In this document: positions 22,537 to 35,600 of the stretch, piece after piece
How positions within the stretch are numbered: position 1 is the first letter of the stretch
Layout of the letters: each line of letters opens with the position of its first letter
Assembly (NCBI GenBank): GCA_964234715.1
Contig: OZ174290.1
From: Podarcis melisellensis
Taxonomy: Eukaryota
Strand: one strand, 5' to 3'
Length of the DNA: 64,000 nucleotides
The notes under the pieces: model-generated
The model's database searches: none
The model's input: the letters and a program-made list of their open reading frames with translations, nothing else
What the model was told of the DNA's origin: nothing
Translations under genes and position numbers: made by a program

Positions 22537-25500
22537 CGCACTCAGAAATTTAACATGGTAGGAATTCCAGTCTTCCCCCTGATCTGCTATATTCCTATGT
22601 GCAAATATTCCTCCTCTCTTTATTTTCTAATTTGGAGGAACATTTTATTATGTGGCCTAGAGAAGTATAGTGCAGATACATTAGATTTGCTCCAACTCAG
22701 TGAAAAGTAGGCCTAAAAAATGCATTGTTTCAATACCTAACTCTTGGTATAATGTCAATATAAGCCACACCCACCCACACCATGTTTAACACTAAACCTG
22801 ATGGCTGAGGTGGAGGCATATATAGTTTATGGTTTCTGTTTCCAATTGGAAACAGAGCTCCCGAGAGTTGTCCCATCGATTTCTCAAGCACCGAACTGCT
22901 TAGTGTTTATACTCTGAGAAAAGGAAGGCATTTCGCCAATGGCTGCTCTGATTGTCTTATAAGCCACAAATGTGTCAGCTTCTTGGAGTAATGTGTGTAG
23001 TGAATTTGTTTAGGGAATCTGCCAAACAAAAGTTTAGAGCCTTCGAGTAAAATCAGGGTCTGCTACAAACCCAGGAAATTTCGCATGAGGACAGTAGCCA
23101 AACCCCATTTCCTACAATGCCAAACAGCTGGTGAGAGGAAAGCCTTACCTCACCTTCCACTGTCACGGCAGAACCGGGAGCTCAGAAAACTGGAGTAAAA
23201 ATGATCAACTTAGTATTCTCTTAAATGTTTGCATTTCAAATCATGCTTCCCAGAACTCCCATCTCCTTCCCCCCCATCCCCAATAAAATGAGACCGATTG
23301 CAACCTACCTCATAGGGTTGCTGTAAGTGTAATGCTCTATTCTGCCAGATAAAATGTAAGAAAGAAAAAAGGAATGTGGAAATGTTTTAAAGATGTGTCA
23401 GAGAGAGAAGGGGAGGGAGGGGGGAAGCAAACATGTTTGTGCACTGTGCCTGTTAGCTGCCTGACTTAAAGAGGGGGTGGGTGGGACTAGATTTAAGAGG
23501 GTCTCATCTCTTTTGATGCTGAACTGTCTTGATGCTGGTAGAGGAGAAAAGGTTGATATGAACTAGGGAGTGTGCTACAGGAAATGTATATATCAAAGTT
23601 TTAGAACTGAATTGTAATAATAAAAGATAGTTGGCAGCAAATTATTTTATAAATTAATTCCAGACTATATTGAGGTGTTTGGGGTCAATTGGAATCGCTT
23701 CTCTTTGTCTCATGGAGCGAGTAGAATTTAAATACCTGTGTGTGCATTCTACAAGGACGAAACTAGATAAAGATTATCGAATACATTGTAAATTAGATAC
23801 AAAACAAACGATAAAAGTATGGTCGTGGTGTGATTACTGCCAATTGTGTTGCTGTTCTGATCACTGAGAATAGGTAAGGTGAGAAGTAGGCATATTCTGT
23901 GACAAATGCGGGTTCTGGGATCAGCCCCTAGTGGGGATATTTACTTATTTGTGCACTTGTGTGTAAACTGGACATTGTGATAATATGATCTATGTATCAG
24001 AATGCAGTTCCCAGCAATGTGCAAGAAAATGAAGGTGGAGCCAATTTGAAAGCACACCATGGGCATGTCCAGTAGCTGCTTTCCCATGCTGTGAACACCA
24101 ACCCTACCCTCTATCAGCTACATGATTCAGTGTGCATTTTTGGCATCATTGCACCTAGCTCCCCCCATGTTCGCAGTACCTTTCAGAGACACTGGAAATG
24201 CAGGGGGAAAATAGCTAAGAGCCACAGCCTTTGCTATTGCTTCTGGTTCTCCCTGCTTCTTCCATAGCTTCTTTCTTCCTAGCCAGCCTGATAGAATACT
24301 ACTTTTCTCCCTGTCTTTGGCTCACAATCCCCAGGACCGCCAGGTTAAAACCCGACCCGAAGGGATACCTGTGCTTGCTGTCTAATTTATTTTTTCTCAT
24401 TCTGAGTTCCTTTGTTCCCACCAAGAGATTGGAATAAGGGGTTGGAGTCCAGGCCAGGCTTTTTCTGGTCAACAAGTTCAAAAGTGACTTGTTAGCAGTA
24501 TGTAGTTCCTGAGATTCAGGCTCTTCTCTCCTCCTGCACAACCAAGTTGATCACTGCCATTTCTGTATTTATTTCAATGTGATCCTAATGAAGTCCCCCT
24601 TTTCATGTACACATGGAGGCAGACACGTTCTGCCAGTGCTGCTGTCACACCACTCCAAGCCACTCCATCTTCGACGAGAAGCATGTAAATGTTACGTTTT
24701 TTGTTTAATTCTTAGAGTGAACTGCAACGAATGCAGGATCCAGAGGGAAGTAGAAAAGGGTGTTTGGGAAACCTGGTGTTATCAGGTGCAAACATGAGTG
24801 ACAAGCCATCGGAGGGCAGATTCTCCTGTCAAAACATCTTTCAGTTTATCTTATCTAGCACAGAGTTAACGACTGTCGATTAGGGCTGCTTCTACAGAGG
24901 ACACTTTTGACATCAACAGAGACCTCTAAGGTAAACTGGCAAAAGCCCTTTTGCTTGGAAGCAAGGCAGGTGTGGATTTTGAGGACTTTTATTGGCTCTG
25001 GTTTGTTTTATAGCCTCACTTTACGACTTGTCTCAGCAGTGTCTATGTGCACGTTTAGCATTGTTATGTGAGCTGCATGTGAAAGATCCAGAGAAACAAG
25101 GGCAAGGAATTCATTCAGGAGAAACGGAGAATTCAGTGGGGCAGGAGCTGTCCATAAGGAACGGGCCTAGCCATGTCTGCGCAACAGGACCTGCTGGTTA
25201 GACTAGGTTCATCCCTCTGAGGACTGCAACAAGAAGTTAGGCGTGCGCTTGCTAGCTTCTGCAAGAGACCCGTGGAGACACAGCGCCTTTATCAAAGTGT
25301 TGCCTGGGGAACCAGTTCAGATCCATTCCTACCAGCAGGGCCAAATATGCTGGCCTTGTCAAGATGTATGAAAAGGACAGGTCCTTGGGGATGTTTGGCA
25401 CAGACTTGTCGCTTTTGTCCGGGGCTTGGAAAGGAGGCGCATTTTAAATTTCAATCCATAGCATCTATTTGGGGGCAGAATCATCCCCTCCTTGGTGCAT

Positions 25501-25932
25501 ACAGTTACTCAGTTTCACTGTCTCCCTCTTCCACATACCTCAGTGCTATTTTTTTAACACTACTGTTAACAAAACATGTTTTTATTGGTGTGATGTGCTA
25601 CGATACATGTGTGTTTGGAAGCAGGATTCTAGCTGCTCCTTTGTTTTGCCTCCCTACCATTCACATTGCCCTGCACCAACCGCATCTTATGGGTTATTGC
25701 GTCATACTTCAGTACACCAGCACCTTTGACTGCTGTTTTACAATGTTCCCCCCAACCCCAACCCCCAGAAAACCAGGAAGAATAACTTTTCTTCAGCCTA
25801 TCAGCTTTGGTAGGCTACTGATGTGAATCCTACCACTATCACCAATTGAAATGGATCCAGCCAGTGGTTACCAATTACAGCGGATTGCATCTCCATACAA
25901 TTCTATAACCTCCATAGGTTAACTTGTGGTTT

Positions 25933-26839
25933 TGTGTGAGATAAAACTTTAATACTTTGAGACTCAGGCAGAAGTTGAACAAATAAGAAAGATTTATTTT
26001 ACAGAACAAAGCTGGTAGAACAAATGATGCGTCAGGTGATAAAGCTCTTTCAGGAAACAGTCAATTCTAATTAGATTAAATTTAGTGGATGTTACAAGCT
26101 TCTGAAAAGTTAGCAAACACACAGCTTCTTTTAAACTTCAGTTACGTATTTTCAATTATTACTCTTCAGTTAGATGTTACAGGTTTCTAGACTAGATGGT
26201 AAATGCTTAGGTTATTTCACATTGTTTCACTTTGGTTCCTTAGACTTAATTGTTGCGGTGTTACAGCTTGTTACATGGGTTTTTAACAAGGTATTACTTT
26301 CTGTCAGTTTCCCAGCCTCCTATGAATCTCACTCCTGAGGTACATCTCGCAGTATTACAGATCCAGGGGATCACCAAACCCTTCTTAACTGGTTTGGGAT
26401 TCTTCCCTTTCTAGAAGATCACTCCCTTCCTGACCAAAATGAGACCCGGGTAGAGTGTATCCTCACAGCTCTACTTCTCCTTGCCCAAACTCAGCCCTCC
26501 CAGTTAACTCTTGTCTGAATGCTCTCACAAGACACTACAAACTGTCATTCTATCTAAGCTCAGAAACTCCTTTCTCTTGACTGTAGATGTGGATGAGAGT
26601 GGATGTTACACACACCTCAGAACCAACTCTCTAACTCTCCTTCCAGCTCTTTCCCTTAAACTCTCTGCTAAGCACTCTCTCAACTATCTCCCAACTATCT
26701 TGGGAATGGCTCCTTTTATATTCCCTCCCAAAGTGCTGGCTCCACCCCACTCTACCAATCAGAGAGAGGCTCCAGCCCTCTGGTGGAATCCTGAGGCACT
26801 GCACCCGCAGACTCTGGCCTAGCTCAGCTGTCCCTTACA
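25933..26839 (-). mobile_element. Probable solo LTR (Gypsy/ERV-like), antisense to MSI2
   Basis: TGT...ACA termini; imperfect 4-bp TSD GTTT/GCTT; in minus-strand order: CCAAT box (26755-26759), TATAAAA (26720-26714), purine-rich run, AATAAA (25998-25993) about 60 nt before the end. Confidence 0.55.
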
Positions 26840-27535
26840 GCTTCCCTAAGGCTTTTTACATGCCTGCTCTCCAAACGAGCTTCAGCTGGCTTAATGCAGT
26901 TTTTGTCAATAGGCAGCTTGTGGGCAGAAGCTGCATTAAGCCCTTCCACCGACAGGCCTCTAATCCTGGTCGGATTCCACCCCAGCTCCATAAATGATAG
27001 AGTCCAACACCATGTTGCCATTGGCAATAATTCAACCGCTCCAATCATAATTGTGCGCTCATGTGCAAACAACATGCTGCACTCTCTTGCCCCTATCTAA
27101 ATGAGAACTAGTGTGTTGCAGTACCGTGGTAGAGAACTGACAGTCACCCGGCTGGGTGCTCCCCCAAGGGGCATGCTTGTCTGGCCTGTAGCATCGCCTT
27201 CCTGCTCCCTCACCATGAAGTTGAGCTTGGAAATCAGCCTTCTATTGTAGCCAGTTTAAAGCTTTCCCTTAGCTTAATTGTAGAGTGTTCGACTGGGTTT
27301 TGGTGGGGGATGGGGGGCTCACGGCTGGAGAAGGAAGAGTTAACCCACCCCTCTCTGTGAATTGCAGTCCTCCCTCCTGTTGAAAACTCCAGCCTCTCAT
27401 TTTCAGATGGTCACAGTCAGAGAGGGAGGGGTGTGGGTGTGATGTATGTGTGTCTGTGGCCCCCCCACATTTTTGCCTTGGCCATGCCTACCAGAGGCAT
27501 GCAGCCCTTGGGCCAAAACAGTTTCCCCAACTCTG

Positions 27536-27730
27536 ATGTGGTGGTTGGAGTGTTGGACTTAAACTAGCGAGACCCTGATTCAAATTCCTACCAACCCACA
27601 AAGCTCTTTCAGTGATTTGAGGTCAATCATACATTCTCAGGCAGACCTACCTCACCAGGCTGCTGTGAGGATTAAAGGTGGGCTCATGCATCCCACACTG
27701 AGTTTTTTATAGAAAGAGCAGTCTAATGTG
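27536..27730 (+). mobile_element. MIR/Squam3-like SINE
   Basis: gtggttggagtgttggact...gagaccctgattcaaattcc (A/B-box-like)...acctacctcaccaggctgctgtgaggattaaa. Confidence 0.6.
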
Positions 27731-29066
27731 GTAGATTGCAGTGGTTTGTCAGTAGCTTTCTCAGTCAGAGCAGCATTTGCCAAAGGAAGGATAGATCCAA
27801 TGAATGCAAAAACTTGTTTCTGCTTGTATAGATGTGAAATTCTACATACTGCATTCATATAAAAGGAAGAAGGGGGTATCCCTATGAAAGGGAAAGTTCC
27901 CGGTGCTCCATTTGATGTACCAGAATGAATAGCGCTCTGTTGAAGTTATACATAGGAACCTAGGGAGCTGGTCCATCTAGCTCAGAACTGACAGGCATGA
28001 TGGCTCTTCGGGATTTCAGACAAGGGACACAATCCACCAGTCAGTTTTCCTGCACAAGTCTTGTTTGGTACATTGGTGGTTGACAAGGAGAACTGCCTGC
28101 TGTATTGTTTGCTCTGTAATTTGGGAGTTAAGGATAGAGTTTAGCTCTGTTGATAAGTGTAGTTTAGCCTAGCAGCTGCCCACTCACCTGGAGCAAATAA
28201 TGATTCCTTCTGGGTCAGGAACGTGTCAGGCCCACCACTCAAAACACCCATCTGACAACTAGGAGAGTGTAGGCAGGCAAGCAGGCTGGTTATTCTGTAC
28301 AAGACTGCGATAAAGTGTTCATAGGCTGTTTTTCTGTTTATAATCCCTCACCCCACCCCAAAAAAGAGTTGGGGTGGGGCTAAATAGCGTATTAAAAGAG
28401 TTCCCTTGACTCTCTCTAAAAAGTTGATTGAGCCCCTTTTAAAAGTACCAGGATCAATCTTGAAAGGATTAAGTAATTGGAATGGGGGGAAAGTTTTATT
28501 TTGTTATCCTTGCAGCCTCCTAGATAAGATCTTAAACTCAGCAGTAGTTATTGATCTTGCGGGCTGGAAAGGATCTCTCAAGATGATGTCCTTCTAACTT
28601 AATTAGGTAAGAGAGCTCCAAAAGGCACGCGGGCTCCTGCTGAGCATGCCAAGCAGGTGAGCCAGGCAGGCTTTGGAGGCTGGCAGTGTCCAGCTCTCGC
28701 CCAGGCCCATACACTGGCAGAAAGGCTGTTTGCCCAAAGAGCCATTCTTGCTTTTCACAAGGCATCTAAGAAGGTGGAAGGCAGCATGAAGGGGTTCTTG
28801 CTGTGAGGTGAGTGAGGAATCGGGAGGCCCAGTAATCAGGATGGGTGAAAACCAGGGTGCGGGTTCAAGGAGCAGATGGACAAATCAGGAGGCAGGATCA
28901 AAGATTAAGCCCAAAGTCGGGACTGAAGGACAGTCACAGAACATAGAACCACACCAGACTCAGGGAAGATTTCATAGATTGGAACAGGAAGCCCTATTAT
29001 ATCTCTCTGCAGGAGGATCCAGTGGCCTTGGTGGCACTTCACTGTCCAGAAACATGCTGCAACATA

Positions 29067-29316
29067 CCATATTTTTTGCTCTATAAGACTCACTTTTTCC
29101 CTCCTAAAAAGTAAGGGGAAATGTGTGTGTGCGTCTTATGGAGTGAATGCAGGCTGCATATCTATCACAGAAGCCAGAACAGCAAGAGGGATTGCTGTTT
29201 TCACTGCGCAGCGATCCCTCTTGCTGTTCTGGCTTCTGAGATTCAGAATATTTTTTTCTTGTTTTCCTCCTCCAAAAACCTGCGGTCTGGTGCGTCTTAT
29301 AGAGCGAAAAATATGG
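29067..29316. mobile_element. Tc1/mariner-superfamily MITE, family B
   Basis: TA|CCATATTTTTTGCTCTATAAGACTCAC...GTGCGTCTTATAGAGCGAAAAATATGG|TA: 27-bp TIR (2 mismatches), TA TSD; internal 30-bp palindrome. Confidence 0.9.
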
Positions 29317-29414
29317 TATGTCATGTGGTAGTTCACCATACAGGGCAGCTGTACACAGATATTGAAAGCCTCTCAATTTAAGTCTCATCAGGTCCTCACA
29401 AAGGACTTTATTAT

Positions 29415-29481
29415 TCATAGAATCATAGAATTGCAGAGTGGGAAGTGACCACGAGGGTCATCTAGTCCAACCCCCAGGAAT
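29415..29481 (-). mobile_element. CR1 extreme 3' end fragment
   Basis: tcatagaatcatagaattgcagagtgggaagtgacc...tcatctagtccaacccc; ATTCTATG terminal repeat on the minus strand. Confidence 0.8.
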
Positions 29482-29954
29482 AGTCAGGCAAAAGGAAGGT
29501 GGAGGTCTTGATGCTGTAGGGATGCAGGGAGGATCAGGCAGCAGGGTCCTTGGTCATGAGGAGATAGCCTTGCAAGTTTGGTGGTCCCAGATTCTAGATT
29601 GGTATTGAATGTTGCCATTCCACTGACACAGCAGACTTCCACTTCTGCAACAGAACTTCCCCCTCCTCTGCTCTCCCATGCAGCAGCTCCCCCCGCCCCC
29701 ACTCCCGGCAAAAGCCAGGGGAATCTCTGGAGCAGATTTTGGGAGCACACCAGGACAGAAGAGGAAGTGCCATTGCACAAGCGAGACTGCTCACACAGCA
29801 TTGGATACAACCCTCACTTTCTACCCTGCTGCACTCGTTTCTCACCCAGGCACTTATTACTGGCCATCTCCTATCTACTTTCTGCTCATTCTCAGCAGTT
29901 ATGCTTTAAGCAAACTAGGAACAATTGTTCAGACAAGCCCTGATTCTACTGGGT

Positions 29955-29956
<2 letters not shown>

Positions 29957-29994
<38 letters not shown>
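29957..29994. repeat. (GT)19 microsatellite
   Basis: Direct reading. Confidence 0.95.
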
Positions 29995-29995
<1 letters not shown>

Positions 29996-30784
29996 GTGTT
30001 GTGTCTCAGATACCTTAAAAGGGAATTTCAACTTAGTTTAGCGGTGTAACCCTTCAGCAATCTCTCTCTGCCCCACATCATCACCCTTCCTCCCTCCCTC
30101 CCTCCCTTTGGATTTTGCTTTTAAAGAAAGACGAGGAATTTGGCTTCCAGCAAATCTTGATAAATAAAAGTAATTGTCTAGGTATGGCCAGTTGGTGTAA
30201 TCACTCTGTTTATTGAAGGAGACAGGAATGATGTTGTTGGTGAGATATTGTCTAAGCTCCGGCTCAGGATAATGTTTTTCTAAGGAGAAAAATAGCCTTT
30301 CATTGTTCTGTACGGATGCCAGGAATTCACTTCTGTAGCCGACCTCTGAAATTCTAATTGACGTTTTTATCTACACTATATAAAGATGATTAAGAATTGC
30401 TGCCGTTGTTTGTTTATTGCTGTCTGGCTCAAGCAAAACAAAGTCATGCATTAAAAAAAAAATTAAAGAAAGATCCTGCAGAAGTTTACCAACAAATGGA
30501 TTTAGAAGAGGCAGTTCCATTGCCTAATTTGGCAGTAGCCTTAAGTTGCTTGTGAAAGCTGCTGCTAAATCACAGGTCTTGCACATACCTTCAAGTGACC
30601 CTTGGTTCCATTTAACAGTCACTGGAAATTTAACACTTTCCCACCTTGACCATCCTCCAAGGAGCTGTGCACATGTGGTATACATGGGATTATCGGTCAT
30701 TGTTTCTATCATTTAAAAATAAATAAATCATAAGTATTTTTTAAATTAAACCAAGCTATTTATAGAATATGCACCAAAAATCCA

Positions 30785-30966
30785 TTTATTTATTTATTTT
30801 TTTAAAAAAAACATTTTACACCCAATTCCCCCTTTCCAGCCTCCTGATCTTCTTGCAACAAACCTGTGAAGTAGCTTGGGTTGAGGTACCATGCCTTGTT
30901 GTCAGAGGCTATCCAGGAAGCTTCATGTCCAAGAGGGAATTTGAACCCGGGTCTCTTCAGCCCTAA
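30785..30966 (-). mobile_element. MIR/Squam3-like SINE fragment
   Basis: caacaaacctgtgaagtag...agcttcatgtccaagagggaatttgaacccgggtctc (reverse B box). Confidence 0.55.
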
Positions 30967-32529
30967 ATAGCATTTTTGGAATGTTGGGTGCTCTGCTGCT
31001 TGCAAGTATTAGGGCAAATTCAGAAAATCAATGTGTGCCTTCTGAGGCTTCAGTAAGAAGGAATGGGTTGCCAGTGAAAAAAGGAGCATGGTTTGGATAG
31101 TGTATATTATCTCATAAAGAAACCTGGAAAATGAAGAGTTGTAGGAAGCCTTTAAAAGTTACTGTTGATGAGTGGTGGGGGTTTTTGCTTTTAAATCCTA
31201 TAATGACACGGTAGGGAGGGGAATAAGGAATCAGAAGGACTATGTAGACACAGAAGGACCATTAATGAACAAATGGAATTTTATACCTCTCAACAAGTAT
31301 GCACCAATTGGTATCACCCTCGCAAAAGTATTGTGGGCACACCTTGTTTCAGAAACTTATTCATAAAATGTAATTTCAAAATGAAAATATGGCTGGAAGT
31401 GTTTATACAGCAGCACAAGCTGCTGAGGTCCCTTCATATGGCAAGATTTGATATACTATAAATCCTACCTGGGTTTATAGATCTTGACTTGTGGTTATGC
31501 CACCTGACATATTTACATGCACTCTAAGCACTGTACAAAGATTACTTATAAAGTATTGGTGTAGTAAAGAACTTCTACTGTATGTGATGCTTAGTGGCTG
31601 TCATCATAAATGCCCTTGTCCAGCAATTTGCTTGTGTATACCCCACAGAAGGTATAGTGGCTGTAGTCATTCCCTGATCCACAGGGAACAGCTTTGTTTC
31701 CAGATCAGAGGTGGCAGTGTCAAAATTGGCAGAAAACTCTCTCTTCTCTTGCATGAATAGTGTCCACTGGTTGCACAAGCTGCAGAGAAGTTGACGATTC
31801 ACACTCACTCCCATCTATTTCACCATTTAATTCATTTTCCACCAGGGTTGAGAAACCTGGTGCTTTTCATTAATGTTATTTAATTGGAAATAAAGAGAGG
31901 AAATTAAGCAAAGATTCATTAAGGACTTGAAGCCCTCTCTTGTTTCAGTTTTCTTCATGCCAGCCAAACTGGAGTAGCCATCAAGACTGCCTCCCGTTAG
32001 ACCTTTGGTTCTATATTCGTTTTCATATCCTTTTCCTCCTGACCAGCTTGTTCCAATAGCTATCATTACATCATCAATTTCATGTAGGGAGGGAGGTGAT
32101 GGCTCCCTGCTGTGCTGATGGCAACCATGCATGCTATCAGGCCAGCCTTGTGCATTCTGATGTTGCTCCATGTTTAAAAGTCTGTTTGACAGACTTTGGC
32201 ATACTAGAATTTGGAACAATTCTGACTCAGGTTTTATTTAAGATTCATAACTCCTTTTCTGTGCAAACTAGAAACCTGGTCAAATGGATATATTTATTAT
32301 TACATTTATAGCCATTCGTCCCTCCCAAAAGGAGCTTGGCCAAAGTAAATGGTTTTAAATGTGAATGTGGTAACATAAGTTGCTAAAATTACAGGCACTT
32401 TGCTTCTTCCACTATGCCTTCTGACGTTGCACTGCTGGAAGCTAAGCCATGGTCTGGCTTAGCATCACATCAGAACCTTGGTTTGTGGTTTGTTTCTCTC
32501 CAGACAAAACAGTGAGGTGTTACCTGGAC

Positions 32530-32623
32530 TTGTTTGTTTGTTTGTTTGTTTGTTTGGTTGGTTGGTTGGTTGGTTGGTTGTGTGTGTGTGTGTGTGTGCG
32601 TGTGTGCGTGCGTGTGTGTGTGT
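32530..32623. repeat. Compound (GTTT)n(GGTT)n(GT)n microsatellite
   Basis: Direct reading. Confidence 0.9.
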
Positions 32624-35600
32624 ATCTAAATTTTCAAAAGATTATAAACATAAAACAGAAGTTCCCATTTCCCAGATGATCAGTTTATCAGATCTTTACA
32701 TAACCTTGTTAGTGAACTTGGTGAATGCCAGTTGTTGAAACATTCATTAGAAAATCTTGTAAAAGGGTCTCATATTTTGTTAACATCTGCATCATGTTTG
32801 CTATTCAAAGCGTACACACTTTTCTTGTAACTTTTTCAGATAAAGCAATTGTCCATACAGTCTGTCACCATCGTGTGATATGTAGATGCTCAAGTCCTTT
32901 CTGAGTTTGTGCTATGAGTAGTCATGCCGCCACCAAAAGAAAAGTCGTAAGTCCCTTTTGTAGTCGGTTTGAGGAAACAAACCGTTAGCCCTGGTTCAGA
33001 TGTCATGGTAAGCCAAACCATGGCTCAGCTCCTAGCAGCACAGCAAGAGCGGAGGAGGATTGAAATGCTCCTGGTTTTAGCAGCATGCACTAGCATGCTG
33101 CATATCCACCTTTAAACCATCCTTTAATTTAACTGTGGTTTCAAGTGATGTTCAACTACCTGTTTGGTCCTAAGTTGTTATAATAAAATCTTAGATCACT
33201 TCTGTGCAACCTTTCCATGTAAACATACTAAAGACTAATCTGAAGATTAGTGGACATCTTTAGTGATTCCATTCACTTGACCTCTCCCCTCCTATGCTGT
33301 GCAGTGCTACCTGGGGTGCAGAATAATTGCCATTTTTCATGTTGGCTGTCATACCTTATTGCTAAATATAAGATCCGTAATGAAGGGAAATCACTTCCAG
33401 AAATTTGGAGGCATGAGGCAAGCAGGAATCTCCAGAAGGCAGCCAGAGAAAAAAGAATCAATACAGAAACGTTTGTTTTGTTTTTCTAAACTGATGGTGA
33501 GTAAACCTGTCCATAACTGGAAACCTTGACATTTTGTAGTTTTTTAAAATAAAAAGTGCTGTCCAGAAACAACCTTAATGTAACTTCTTCCAAGTGTTCT
33601 CCAGTATGAAGGATGAGCTTTAAGGGTCTTGTTGCTTCAGATACAAAGAACTGCCATTTCCATTATCTGGCAGACTTACTTTACTCTTAAGAGGTTTACC
33701 AGAAACTGTGTGCAGAATCATAATGAATTACTTCAGGTCCTGCATAGGAAGAATATCCTGTGGTGTTCTCTAGATTTAAACTGGGACATATCTCCCCTAC
33801 TACCTCTATGTTATGAATTAATTCATGGAGCATTATTGCTGTTTGTACCATCTCAGAACTACAAAAGCGGAGATATTATCAGGTTGCGTTTTCAAGTCAT
33901 GTGGGACGGTTTCAAAACATTAATTGGTAGAAATCCAAGTGCTCACGAAGGGAAAGAACAAAATGCAACATTTACATAGACAGATTTAATGCAGTGAATG
34001 GTATTAAAGATGCCAAGTGTAATAAATCAGCAGGCAGCCTTGAGAAAACAGGCAGATCCCCTCCAGCATCGAGGAAAATGTTACATAAAATATTTTAACA
34101 TACTGAACAATTTGTTCTACGTTGTCATTTCTGAGTGTGGTTTTTAATGGGTTTGGTAAAAAGAAAGCCGACTCGTATTTATGTTCTGCAAGCAGATGTG
34201 GTGAATCTGCCACCTTTTAAAAAAATTTTTAAGGGAAATATTGAGGGATAATGGAAGCCTTTTTGTCAACTTCCTTGACCACAAAGCAACAGGAGGTAAC
34301 ATTGGAGAAGCTTCCTCATAACAGTGTGGCTCAAGAAAGTGGCCGTAACACATGAGAGTGGCTCAGCAGCATGGACTGCCACCATGGTGTACACCAATCT
34401 CCACCAATCTGGTGTCCCCCTTATGCTTTGGTTGGACTACAAGTCCCATCAGTGTACCCCGAAAGATCTGGAGGGTGTCAGTTTGCCTTAGGCTGTGCAA
34501 GCAGTTTCCGTGTCTGTGCTGACTCTGGCTCTGCAATTATCCATGTTATAACTGCTACATGGAAGTGTGGCTCAGCATAAGAAGACTGAATCTTCCTTCT
34601 CTCTGAAGGATACACCTGTGACAGTTTGAGATCCTCTTTTCCTCCGTCATTATATTAGCTTTCCTGATGCTGCTGAATGTTTCAAAAATAAATTTGGGAT
34701 ACAGCAGGAGCTGAATTGGAAAAAGGCTAGTGCTTGCTTGCATGGCTCAAGCCATTGAGCTGTGAAGGAGAGGCTTTGAAGGCTGAGGATTAAAATCTGA
34801 CTTATTTCTGTTTCCAAATGTGTAATTTAGAAGTGGCTTTTTTTAAAAAAAAAATCCTTCTGTCTCCATGGAGGTCAAGTGTCCTAGTATGAATGATGGC
34901 ATCATTTTGCTACTTTCTGAACGGAACATGAAATAATGTTGGCTCTCAGTTAACAATTGGGTTAATGTCTCTTTGTGTTGATTCCACTTCACCCCCCTAA
35001 AAATAACTTACTTTAGAAAGCAGCCTGTTGCATCATTAAGAGAGGCTTTATCTGCGCTAGCATTAATTTAGGTTGCCTATGAGTCATGTCTTTTATTCTT
35101 TCTTAACCACTTAGTTTAATATGTCATCTTCGGGTGCAAATCAATGAGTAAACCTGTTCCCACCAGAGGTTTGCTATCCTGTCCCCTTTCCCAGCCCTGC
35201 CAATTTTTTCCATGTTTATCAAAACATACCATACGCAGTGGCCCTGCATTTGTGGCTCCTTGTGCAGGGCAGATCCCAAGGAGGTTATCTGGTAATTAAA
35301 TCCCCAAGCTACAAATGTGTTATTGCCACATGGAACGAACCATTTATATACTACCTTCTGTTTCTTTAATAATGGGCTGGGCTTCTTCCTAACCCTGATG
35401 CTTTTGTACACTTGCATTTTCTAGAAAGCTGCACTTCTGGTGCTGTGAATCTTGAAATCGATGTGGCTGCAATCACCCCCCCCCCATGAAGTATAGTCCC
35501 AGTCAAAGAAAGTGTAGAGAACACTACACTCAGGAATCTAGCAAGTATTTCATTGTGTCTCTTAAACAACAACAGAGCAGGAAACTCCTGACCCAACACA

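Noticed and set aside
27395-27430. ttttcAG|ATG GTC ACA resembling the start of the preceding MSI2 exon (MVT...)
   Set aside because: Continues as VREG rather than RTKKIFVGG and lies downstream of the real exon; coincidence.
28800-29050. Purine-rich stretch resembling a degraded Gypsy LTR
   Set aside because: No termini or TSD could be defined.
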